NCBI RefSeq assembly: GCF_018350175.1
Contig: NC_058368.1
Coordinates: 179,616,001 to 179,680,000 of the forward strand
Length of the DNA: 64,000 nt
Direction: 5' to 3'
Source: Felis catus
Lineage: Eukaryota
The notes under the pieces were generated by a model that was not told the DNA's origin, made no database searches, and saw nothing but the letters and a program-made list of their open reading frames with translations. Positions 50,116-61,324 of this stretch are shown piece by piece. A program made the position numbers and the translations under genes. Position 1 is the first letter of the stretch. Each line of letters opens with the position of its first letter.

Positions 50116-51544
50116 CACCTTTCTTCTCTAGCAGCATTGTACAGAAGAGGCACCTGAGGCCCACAAAGCGAGGGCCACTGATCGGGCAGTGATGGCAGAG
50201 ATCTTTGAAGGGGGATGGCCATCAGGCCGCTTCTCCATTCCCCTAAATGAAGAGCAGGTCCCTAGCAGGATTTCACACTCCTTTGCTGGATTCGGAAACT
50301 GTGGAAGACCCTGCTGGGCATTTCTTTGATGGTTCCCACAGTCCTTTCACTCTTGAGCAGTGGGTAGGGTAGACCTCATGATCTCCATCCCATAGAATAG
50401 GGTGCCCAGCAAAGTTGACGTCCTCAATGCTCTTTTGGGCCTCTGAAGTCCAGCATGAGAGCCTCTCAAATGTGGGAGTCTGAGGAATCTGCCACCTCCA
50501 GTCCAGCAAGACCAGATCTCCCACTCTGGGTGCAATCATGCAAGCACAGAGAGGATCCCCCCTCAGGGCATCCCCCTAGGAAGTCCTCCACCTGTACACA
50601 CCATTCCCTGTCCCAGGAAAGGCACACCTGAGCTGCCTGCCCCATGTTACAGAGCTGTCCCCCAGGGGGAGGGCTGGACTCAGTCTGTGTGGCTGGTCCG
50701 TGCAGCCACTAGTGGCGTCACATGGTCAAGATCAGGCCTTGGAGGTCCTCTGCCTGGTAGGGCTTTGCAAATAGGGTGTTTAGAGAAATGGGAACGTCTG
50801 TTTTTAATTGAAACAATTGCTTCACTTCATCTCAGAGTCCCTGGGTCAGGGCCCTGTTTTTGCGGTGATGCTGCTTCTCTAAAGTTCAGGCCTCTCTGTC
50901 TCCAGGTCTTACTTATGTTGTTGCCGGCAAGTGATTTGGGGTGCGCTAATTACTACCTGAACCGAGCAGCAATTCTCTGTGGTAAGAGAGACTTCCCGTG
51001 CCAGGGATCCCCTCTCTAATTTTCTGCACCGTGAAAACTTCCATTCTCTCTCATTTGACATCTCTAAGTTCCTGGACTCAGGACGTTTTTACATGGAAAG
51101 GTTTGGGAGAAGCCAGCTAATTTATTTTCCCAAGTTATGTCATTGAAAGCTGATTCCATTATTTATTCCAGAAAAAATGTGTGTTTTCATACACTTCGTG
51201 TGTAGACATACCATAAAATGATATATTCATCTGGAAGGGTCCTTTGAGATCTTCTCGTTTAGGCATGGCAAATAGATTACATCTTGAATGCCAACTGTGA
51301 TTAGATAAATGGCATGCAGGGTAATACGTTGAAAAGGATTCTGGGGCCCATCCAAACTCGGGCAGGCACCCTGATGTCTATTACGCCTGGTTGCCCAGAA
51401 GTCAGTACCCGGAGTGGCAGCACATTCTCTAGGTACAGTTACCCCCAATGAGGGTCAGACTCCCCATTTTACAGATGAGGAACTTATGCCTGAGAACTGA
51501 AGGCAGCTGGGGTTCTGTTAGCCCTTAACAACACCCCAATGTGA

Positions 51545-51760
51545 GGGGCACCTGGGTGGCACAGTTGGTTAAGGCTCTGACTCTTGACCTCGACTCAGGT
51601 CATGATATTACAGTTGGTGAGTTCGAGCCCCACATCAGGCTCTGCACTGACCACACAGAGCCTGCTTAGGATTCTGTTTCTCCTTCTCTCTGCCTCTCCC
51701 CCACTTGTGGGTGCTCACTCTCTCTCTCAAAAATAAATACATAAACTTAAAAAAAAAAGA
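51545..51760 (+). mobile_element. CAN-SINE (older subfamily)
   Basis: SINE head and tail; imperfect TSD aacaccccaa(tg/aa)tgag. Confidence 0.93.
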
Positions 51761-52039
51761 AACACCCCAAAATGAGTTGGAAGAGGAAACCTCTCCTGGG
51801 CTGTCAGTGCTCCAGGATCACGGATTTGGAATGTATCTTAAATGAATGACTCCTAAGAAAAATTCCCACTACCATGGTGGAGGGAGAAGAGTCACAGAGC
51901 TATCCCGGCAGGGTCTCTGGCCAGTGGCCACATCCTGTCACCATTTCCTGTGGTCTCTACTGAAGGATACAGGCAGGTCAGACATCAGCCATCAGCCGTT
52001 AGGAGCATTCCTCATAGTTGAGAGCTTGAAGAAGATTCT

Positions 52040-52300
52040 GTACAATGAGTGGTTCAAGACTGTGAAATCCAGACAGACATAGGTTTGAATTCTGACTTTG
52101 ACACTTTGGAGTCCTTGCCAAGTTACTTCATTTCCCAGAGATTCAATTTTGCTTTATTTTGTTTTGAAGTAGTGATACTAACACCTACCTCATTGAGCTG
52201 TGTAAAATTTAAATGAGATGATGCATGTAAAGCTTCTAGCACAGTGCACAGCATTTAATTAACACTGTCCCAGTAAATGTATGCTATTTTTATCATCTGA
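52040..52300 (+). mobile_element. MIR SINE
   Basis: cagacagacataggtttgaattctgac...aaatgagatgatgcatgtaaagcttctagcacagtgc. Confidence 0.8.
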
Positions 52301-52894
52301 CTCCATGGAGCACATGTTACCCTGTCAAAAGGCTCTAAGGCATAGAACTTACCAGATTATTGAGCAGTCCCAGGGCTCTGAGAATCTATAGTCCTGGAAC
52401 AATAGAAAACAAGATGGCAGAATACTTATCATTTTCTAAAGTTATTTTTTACCTAATTAAAAATGATTTGAGCAAACAATTTTGGAAATAAGTGCTAAAT
52501 CACAGTTTTGCAAGACATGTAGCCTACTGTCTAGAAACTGTTTTCATTACCATGAGGTTGTAGAAAGGGGCTGACCCGTGCTCAGAATGAATGGCCCAGG
52601 AGGATGTGTGGGACTCGGGTTCTGTTGACCTAAGGTACAAGAGAAATGCTTGAAAAGGATGAAGAGGAGCTCCCACAGGAAATTCCCTCATTAATGCCCA
52701 TCTTCATTGCCAGGAACCTCAACAGAGCATTAAAATCCAAATCCTCACTTTGGGGATATTAGGAAGTTCTCCAGTAGTGCTCCAAAAGAGCTGTGTGCTC
52801 CGCTTCCCCCAGGTCAAAGCACTTTCCAGAGTTCACGCACTCCCGGTCCCTCCTCCCCTCCCACCTCCTCCTGCCTGTGAGGAGGCAGGTGGGG

Positions 52895-53130
52895 TGAGCA
52901 GAAGTGCCCAAATTCAGCCAATCTGGGCTTGAATCCTGTGGTCCTTATCTCAGGAAGATTATTTCATCTCTTGGGGTCTCAATGTTGTCATCTGTTAAAT
53001 GGGTATGATAATAGTTCCTAGCTCACAGGATTGCTGTGGGGATGAAATGAGTTAATGTATGTAAGTGCCTAGAACAGGACCTGGAACTCAGTAAGCATTC
53101 AGTTCATGTTGGCCAACATCATTGTTACTA
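52895..53130 (+). mobile_element. MIR SINE
   Basis: catctgttaaatgggtatgataatagttcctagctcacaggattgctgtggggatgaaatgagttaatg. Confidence 0.85.
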
Positions 53131-54019
53131 ATGTAAGAGTAGGGGAAGGGAGGTGGGAATGTCACTTTGGAGAATGTCCCAGATTCTTATGGACTTTTGT
53201 AGACAGGAAGGATCATTTTCCTCATTTCTATCTTTCCTGAGTTTCTCCTACCTGTACTTTCAGTACTATTGCTGGAATAAACCATAAACTGGAAAAGATG
53301 AGACCTGTAGCATTGGGGAAGGTGATATTGGCGGGGAGGCACCCACCAATTCCCCAGCCCTCTGTTAAGTGCTTACTGGATTAGCCTAACCAAACTGCAA
53401 GGCAGTGTTTCTCTATCAGTGAAGAGATGGGTGCCAGGAGAGGTGAACTGACTTGACAAAGATCTCACAGCTCTGTTATAACAAGGTCTCACTAGGAATC
53501 AGACTGACGTGTGTGGCTCTGGGACCCAGGCTGTTTCTGCCACCTTTACTTCTGCCCTTGTTGCTCAGGAAGATTCCCGTCACCCTGCCAACAATAACAT
53601 CACTATCGTGTACCTTGATATGTCCGCTGCTAAATGAAGCATCTGAGCATGAACACACTGAGTGAATCATTTACCGGGCAGCAGTTTTCTCATTAAGAAC
53701 ACGTGTTAGCAAATGAGTCTGTATCTGGGGATGAATGAGTCCTTTGGAGGGGGAGGGGTGTCATTGGTCTCTATGCAAAAGAAGGCCAGAAACAAAAGCA
53801 GTGATCCCAGAAGAGAAGGAGGAGGAAGAATAAAAAATAAGGAACAGACGCTGACCTTAGACAGAAAAGTGAAAGAATATAGTGTGTGGTTTCTGAATTT
53901 GAATCCTGGCTTTGATCTTTACTATGTGACCTTGGATGAGTTATTTAACCTTACCAAGCCTCAGTTTCTTTATCTGCAAGATAGACATAATGATGTTAAT
54001 ACTACTGACCCTGTAGGTT

Positions 54020-54600
54020 TCATTCAGTCAGCAAATGTCTGTTGAGTACCCACTCTGAGCTAGACCATTCTGTTCCAGTTGCTGGGGACACAGCTGGGAA
54101 TGAAATAGAGCAAAATGGAGGCATCTGGGTGGCTCAGTCAGTTAAGCATCTGACTTTGTTTCAGGTCATGATCTCACAGTTCATGGGTTCAAGCCCTGCA
54201 TTGGGCTCTGTGCTGACAGCTCAGAGCCTGGAGCCTGCTTCGGATTCTGTGTCTCCCTCTTCCTCTGCTCCTTACCCCACTTGTGCGCGCTCTCTCTCTC
54301 TCTCTCTCTCTCAAAAATAAATAAACATTAAAAAAAAAAGAAATAGAGCAAAATGCCTGTCCCCAGGGAGCTTATGTTCTAGTAAGAAGTGCATATCATA
54401 AACAAGGTTAATAAGCAAAACAACTAGTGTGTTGGATAGTGGTACATGCTAAGAACAGTTACACAGAGATGATTGCAGGTGGCAAGGTGAATTTTAGGTG
54501 AGGTAGCCACAGAAGCCCACAGTACAAAGGTGACATTTGAGCAGTGACCTGAAGAAGGTGAGACAAAGAACAACGTGGGTATCTGGGGAAGAACACTATC
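54020..54600 (-). mobile_element. L2 3' fragment, interrupted by a SINE
   Basis: ttcattcagtcagcaaatgtctgttgagtacc...ggagcttatgttctagt...aggtgacatttgagcagtgacctgaag. Confidence 0.8.
54118..54339 (+). mobile_element. Felid CAN-SINE
   Basis: TSD gaaatagagcaaaatg at 54102-54117 and 54340-54355. Confidence 0.95.
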
Positions 54601-56854
54601 GAATGAATGCATGCATACATGCACGTGTGCATGCATGGGGTTATGTGGATGAAATACGATTGCCATAAGTGTAAAGCACTTAAAACAGTGTCTGATGTAT
54701 AGTATGTGCTCAATAAATGTTGGCTATTCTTATAATTTATCAGATTAATCACTGAAGTTGCTGCTGTACCTTTTGTTCCTGGCTTTCTGAAAAGTCATTT
54801 TCAAAATAGGCAGAAAGGAAGGCTGCAGAAACCGCTTTCTGATTTGTTGGGAGCATACAACATGACCCCTCTTTCAGGTTGGCCTGGGCACAAGTTGAGA
54901 CTCATCACACATTCAGGGATTGTGCTCATGTTTCTTCATGCATGGAGCCCTTTGGAGATTCTTCATACTTTCGCATAGCCTGCATTACTTCCCACAGCCG
55001 CCTGGGGTAGGAACGGCAGGCGCTTCCCCACAAAGGGGATCTAGTGTCTCCTGAGTAGCCTCTCTAGAGCCAGCTGCTCTGTAGTTCCTTCATGCTTATG
55101 TGTCCGTCACTTCTCTTAATCCTTCCCGGAGTCCAGTAGGACCTGAGTTATCACTGCTATCTGACAGGTGAGAAAACCAAGTGGGGCTAGGGCCGTGGCT
55201 GCCTCAGAGAGGCACAGCAGTGAGTGGCCTGGGGGGAGCCCCTGGCATCCTGTGGCAGCACATCTAGGGTAGCTCATGTAGTGTGCCTGCCCCCATCTTT
55301 CTCCCTGGTGCCACCTTGGGATGGCCAGCCATGCATGGGAATCCAGGGGACAGGGCCTGTGGTAGGCTTGCAGTTGAAGTGAAGTGGAAAGCAGCCCAGT
55401 GAGGCAGGCACACATCTGCTAATCCTGATCTTAAGAATGTCAGAATTCAAAGCAACTGTGGGCCCAGAGAACAATAGCTCCACATACCAGCAGAAAGGGG
55501 CATGGGTCACTGCCCCCCCACCCAAACAACTGTTCTTTATCTAGCAGAGCCAGGGCCTGGAGGGTTTGGCTGGGTCCAGCCCAGGAAAAGGCTGACTCAC
55601 AAGAGATGAGAGAACTGTCCGGAGAGAATGGGAAAATGCAGAAGCCAAGTTTGCCCCTAGTGACATATACTTTGGGGCTGAGTAATGTGGCAGACAAATC
55701 ACTCCCTTTACCATCCCACCCAGAATGGAAGCACACCCTGAAACCGCAAAGATAATTTTTACTACAACAATAAAGTAAAAGGGAACCACAGACTCCACTG
55801 CTTCTTCAGGAGAAGATGCTGTGGTCCTGAGCCCTCCCCCTACCCCTCCTGCCCCACCACTGCTCTCTAGAGTGGGACCTTTGGAAGTAAACATTCCTCC
55901 AAGGGAATTGAATTAGCCAGAAATATTTCCGATCACATCTTCCCTCCCATTGACTTACAGTTACTGGTCTTGGTGGGGAGTCTGAGGGTGGTGTTTAGAG
56001 GGCCTTCAAGGGAAATTCTAAAACAATAGGCTAGACTTTCAAATATGTGGTCATGTTGAGATGTCTTGGGTTGTTTAACCCTGGCTTGGAAAAGGAGCAG
56101 CCAAAACATCTTGACTTGCTAAAATCTCTCCAGAACATAAGTCACTGGGTGCTCTTAGAGCTCATCATGAGATGGGCCCAGTGCCCGTCTCCCATAATCT
56201 TCCAGTTGGACTCTGCCCTCCGCCTCAGAGCCGGTCTCCGCGGGGCCAGCAAGCACCATTTCTGCCCAGGCCCCAAAGGAACTAACAGGACAAAAGTCTG
56301 AGAAATGTGTCTTGGTAAGTTTTACAGGAAAACTAGCCTGAAAGTCGTAAGATTGGAAGAGGACAAGAGTGATCGTGTCACATCCTTCCATTGTCCTGGG
56401 GATTGTTCCTGGACATCTTTAGTATTTCCTGATATGCCCTAGGCAAAAAGGTAAACCAAAGTTTCCAGGTCTTTTGCCCTTGCTCTGGGCTAATAGCTCA
56501 TGCTGTTGAGGTTTTAGGACTCCAGAACAAGGAGGAAAAATACATGGGACAGAATCAAAACTTAAATTTATTTCAAATATTTTTCCCAGCACATGAGTTA
56601 TGTTTTGGATATTCCTCCAAAGAATGTCCAGAGAAAGAGGAATAGCTATAGGAATATCCACATCCCTTTTCCTGAACACCTGGTGAGTTAACAGAGAGTG
56701 GCTTAGAGAGCCTGTATCCAGCTGTGTCTAACACACTACGAGATCTTGATTCTGCATTCTCAAGGTGAAAGTCATGTAGATCAGACTGCTTTGGCCTACT
56801 GACTGTTAGCCTGGCATGCTTTTTAATTTCCTTCTTTAATAATCAATGGTACCA

Positions 56855-57087
56855 GGGGTGCCTGGGTGGTTTAGCCGGTTAAGCATCCGACTTAGGCTCA
56901 AGTCATGATCTCGCGTTCCATGAGTTTGAGCCCCGCATTGGACTCTGTGATGATAGCTTTGGAGCCTGGAACCTACTTCAGATTCTGTGTCTCCCTCTCT
57001 CTCTGCCCCTTATCTGCTCATACTCTGTCTCTCTCTCTCTCAAAAATAAACATTTAAAAATTTTTTAAAAATTAAAAAACACATTTA
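56855..57087 (+). mobile_element. Felid CAN-SINE
   Basis: 17-bp TSD aataatcaatggtacca at 56838-56854 and 57088-57104. Confidence 0.95.
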
Positions 57088-57764
57088 AATAATCAATGGT
57101 ACCATTTTCTTCTTTCCCCTTATGTCCATTTGCTGAGATTTTCACCCTACGTTGAAATCAAGTTCAAGTTCCTTTCTCTGTAAACCTTCCTCTCTCAGCA
57201 GCCATCTCCTCACCCCATCTTACCTTTCTGTCATGATTTGGCAATGTAATCTGTATCATCTGGTGACAAATCTTAATGATGACCCCAGCCATTTAATAAT
57301 CAAGCCCTATACCCTGTGCCAGCCACCATGAAAGGTGGTTGACCTAATTTCATTTCATCCTTAAAGCAGCCCCAGGAGTCAGGGAGAGAAGCCGGCCCCA
57401 TGAGGTCACGTGACTTCATTAAAGTCCCAGCTTGTGAACATGGAGACCAGAGTTGGCACCAGCTCTGTTTGACCTCCCAACCTCTGAACACTGATGCTTT
57501 TGACTCCTAGTGTGGTCTGCGCTGTTGGATAACTCTGTGCACATGCTTGTCTGGGCTTCATAATCAGGGAATACTCTCCACAGGCAGGAAGCTCACATTT
57601 CTTTGTGTCCCCATGGCATCTAGCACAGCACCTTGCACCCAGAAGACCCGTGTTTCTGTGTATTTTTGAAAGGTGTGTGTTCTGTTCACTTTGTACCAAT
57701 TACCAGGAGACAGGAAGAAAGGAAGCTTCTTCTCTTGCTGTGAGGGGAAGGTGGTGATAGGACA

Positions 57765-57922
57765 TCTCAACCTTTCGGCATCACACTCTCCTGAAGAGCT
57801 GATTAAGATATCACTGAACCCACCCCAGAATTCCTGACTCAGTAAGTCCGGATGGGGCTGAGGAATTTGCATTTCTACCAGGTTCCTAGGTGGTCTGGGA
57901 CCTCACTTTGAGAACCATTGTC
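57765..57922. mobile_element. MER5A-like MITE
   Basis: ccaccccagaattcctgactcagtaagtccggatggggctgaggaatttgcatttcta...cactttgagaaccattg. Confidence 0.82.
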
Positions 57923-58074
57923 ACAGTGGGAAGTTTAACCCAAGTTCAAATCCCAGGTTTGCCACTTACTGTCTGACCACAGACAAGTTTCTATAACTCA
58001 GGGATGCAGTAGACTTTTCTCTAAAGAGTTTCTCTAATAACCTCATCAAGCCATTGTGAAAATGAACTGAATAT

Positions 58075-58162
58075 CATATATATACATATATATGTATGTA
58101 TATATACATATATATATGTATGTATATACACACATATACATATATAAAGTATACATATATAT
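58075..58162. repeat. (TA)/(CATA)/(TATG) low-complexity microsatellite
   Basis: Read directly from the sequence. Confidence 0.9.
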
Positions 58163-58189
58163 AGTTGTTTTTTTTTTTTTTTTACCAAA

Positions 58190-58410
58190 CATGGACATAG
58201 CTCTTGCTATCCTTTATAAATATGAACTCATGTAATAGCTATAATGAGCTTAGGAGGTGATCCTCTTATTTTCTTCATTGTTCAGAGAGATGAGTGAGGC
58301 CAAGAGAAGTTCTATGACTTGCCCAAACTCCCCTAGGTAAGTCTGTGGAGCTGGGTTACAACTCAGGCAGACTAGCTTGAGTCCATATGCTCAGTACTAC
58401 ACAATGCACC
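58190..58410 (-). mobile_element. MIR SINE
   Basis: tgaggccaagagaagttctatgacttgcccaa...gtaagtctgtggagctgggttacaactcaggcagact. Confidence 0.75.
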
Positions 58411-59669
58411 ATACCTGGTCCATCGTTGGCACACATTCTTTCCCATTCCCAGGTAGGCTAAGAACAGGCTCTCCAAAAGGGCAGAGAGACTGGTTTTCTA
58501 GTTCATAGGCATATTAACCAGAAATGACAAAGAAAAGACAACTGTTTTATGACCACAGCTTGAAAATCACATGCTTGACCTCACTTCTGATACCAATATG
58601 TTTGGTAGGGAGTGGCTGTTTCTCTTTAAACTTCTCTGGCACCAAAGTTTATCATTGCTCAGAAGGAGGGTGCTTGAAAGAAGCCTTGTGGGCTGAAGGA
58701 GTGTAGGAGGTGGGTTGCGGGTCAGTAATAAAAGCAGAGAGAGGTTTGCAGCTCCCCTGCTGAGGGCCTCAGGATTCTGGTCAGCAGGCGGGTGCAGAGG
58801 CGCAGCCTAAGGAAGGGGCAGTGATGGACAGAGTGGGAGGGGAGCAAATAGTTTCAGCCTGGCCGGGTAGCTGACTCCAGAGAGCAGGCAGTGGGAGAAT
58901 TCCAGCTATGTCATGGGAAATGGCTATGGCCAGGGCTCTGATTAGCAGCCGACCACAAATCCTCTGGGACCCAGCCAGGGGTCAGGAGACTGGGGCACAC
59001 TGAGATGCCAAATGGTTGCTGTATTTTATTGTCAGAGAAGAAGGAGGCGATTTTGACTGTTATCCCTGAATGTGAATGCTGGCACTGCCAGGAGCCGAGA
59101 GCTGGGTGGGGACGTGGGAGTGAGAAGGAAGCTAGAAAAATCCACTTTTCATTCCAGGGAACATAGAGGAAAGACCGAGCCACGCTGCTGGGGCTTGGCA
59201 TGATCTCAAAGCTTTTTGACCACCTTCTCTGAAGCATCTCTGCCCTTTCTTCTTCTGTCAGCAAGGTGAGACGTCAGAGTCTCCCATTGCCATGTTGGGG
59301 ACATTAAAGGGGAAACTTGACCTAGATGCCTCAAAGTACAGGGGGGTTGGGACAGCAGGGCTTCTGGGAGAATGGATGGCACCAGTGAACCCCCATAGTC
59401 TGCTTGTTTGACATGTTAGGCTTGGAGCTGAGCAATGAGATGTGGAAAAATCCACTTTCAGAGTAAACAAGCTCAGTGCCCAGGCTATAAATGGGGACAC
59501 CTATGGGAACAGGATCAGGTCACCTAATTCATTCTTCTAGCTTATCTCAAGGCCCAGTACCATGAAGCCTTTATAAATGCTTGTTGAATGAATGAAGAGG
59601 CTGATTCATTAATTGATTGATTATGTCCAAAAGGATAATAGATTTAGCAAGAATATTAGCTAACTCTTT

Positions 59670-60090
59670 TTTTAATTTTATTTATTTTTTTTTAAATTTA
59701 CATCCAAATTAGTTAGCATATAGTGAAACAATGATTTCAGGAGTAGATTCCTTAGTGCCCCCTACCCATTTAGCCCATCCCTCCTCCCACAACCCCTCCA
59801 GTAACCCTGAGTTTGTTCTCCATATTTATATCAGTCTCTTCTGTTTTGTCCCCCTCCCTGTTTTTATATTATTTTTGTTTCCCTTCCCTTATGTTCATCT
59901 GTGTTGTCTCTTAAAGTCCTCATATGAGTGAAGTCATATGATTTTTGTCTTTCTCTGACTGACTAATTTCACTTAGCATAATACCCTCCAGTTCCATCCA
60001 CATAGTTGCAAATGGCAAGATTTCATTCTTTTTGATTGCCGAGTAATAGTCTATTGTATGTATGTGTGTGTGTGTATATGTATATGTATG

Positions 60091-60182
<92 letters not shown>

Positions 60183-60319
60183 ACATCTTCTTTATCCATT
60201 CATCCTTCGATGGACATTTGGGCTCTTTCCATATTTTGACTATTGTCGATAGTGCTGCTATAAACCTGGGGTGCATGTGTCACTTCGAAACAGCACACCT
60301 GTATCCCATGGATAAATGT
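59670..60319 (-). mobile_element. 5'-truncated carnivore L1 3' end
   Basis: Reverse poly-A and the ORF2 C-terminus in the ORF track (FIAALSTIVKIWKEPKCPSKDEWIKKMW...EILPFATMWMELEGIMLSEISQ); TSD ga(a/g)tattagc(t/c)aactcttt at 59651-59669 and 60320-60338. Confidence 0.93.
60101..60180. repeat. (TG)20-TATA-(CA)18 self-complementary microsatellite
   Basis: Read directly from the sequence. Confidence 0.97.
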
Positions 60320-60489
60320 GAGTATTAGCCAACTCTTTAGAAATGTCTGACAAGTAAAAGCTTTCTCTGGACTCACATGGTCCCGTGTGACTGTGAAAGA
60401 AGCCTTTCAGCCACAGGGAATGGTACAAGCCTCTTTTTAAAAGGGATTTTACAAAAAAATAAAAATAAAAAAAATAAAAGGGATTTTAC

Positions 60490-60730
60490 TTGGTTTTACA
60501 GTACACTGTTTAGATTAACATCCCAGGCCCTGCAGTTAGACTTCTTATGTTTGTACTGGGCAGATGAAATGTGTGACCTTGGGCAAGTCACTTAACTTTT
60601 CTGAGCAGTAGTTTCCTAATCATTATCAAATGAGGAAAATAGTTCTTTCCTCTTCAGTTCATTAAAATAATCTCTTTGAAGGACTTGGTATAGTGATAGA
60701 CCCATAGTAGCTCTCAGTAAGAATAACTCT
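60490..60730 (+). mobile_element. MIR SINE
   Basis: tgtgtgaccttgggcaagtcacttaactttt core. Confidence 0.8.
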
Positions 60731-60734
60731 TTGA

Positions 60735-61322
60735 TATTAGTGAGCATTGGGTTTAACTGCAAGAAATAGAAAAATCCCATAGTAACAGGGTTTAAACAAG
60801 ATAGAGATTTATTTTCCTCTGAACTAACAATCCTTGGATAAGTCCAGAGTTGGTGTAGCAGCTCTGCTGTAACAAGTACTCAAAGAGCCAGGTTGCTCTA
60901 GCTTTTACGTCCATTTTCCCTATGTTGTGGCCTTACCCTGACAGTCTAAGTTGGAAAGACAGCCATCACCTATAACTTCTAAGAGATAGAATGGAGGAAA
61001 ATTCAAGAAGAAGAAAGGACATGTGCCAGTTGCCTTTTTTTTTTAATTTTTTAATGTTTATTTTTTTTTGAGAGACAGAGAGCAAGTGGGGGAGGGGCAG
61101 AGAGAGAAGGAGACACAGAATCCAAAGCAGGCTCCAGACTCTGAGCTGTCAGCACGGACCTAATGCAGGGTTCAAACTCATGGACTACGAGATCGTGACC
61201 TGAGCCAAAGTTGGACACTTAACCAACTGAGCCACGCAGGTACCCTGTGCCAGTTGCCTTTTAAGGGAACTAGCCAAATAACAATTTTGCTTACGTTGTA
61301 TTAGCATATACTTGGGTCATGC
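60735..61322 (-). mobile_element. Old MLT1-family MaLR LTR, interrupted by a SINE
   Basis: tattagtgagcattggg...ttaaacaagatagagatttatttt...agccatcacc. Confidence 0.55.
61039..61245 (-). mobile_element. Felid CAN-SINE
   Basis: TSD tgtgccagttgcctttt at 61022-61038 and 61246-61262. Confidence 0.95.
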
Positions 61323-61324
61323 AT

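Noticed and set aside
50691..50717. GGCTGGTCCG (Y RNA 5' end) and a CTCF-like gccactagtggcg
   Set aside because: Only a 10-nt match with no Y RNA 3' stem; the CTCF core is one base short.
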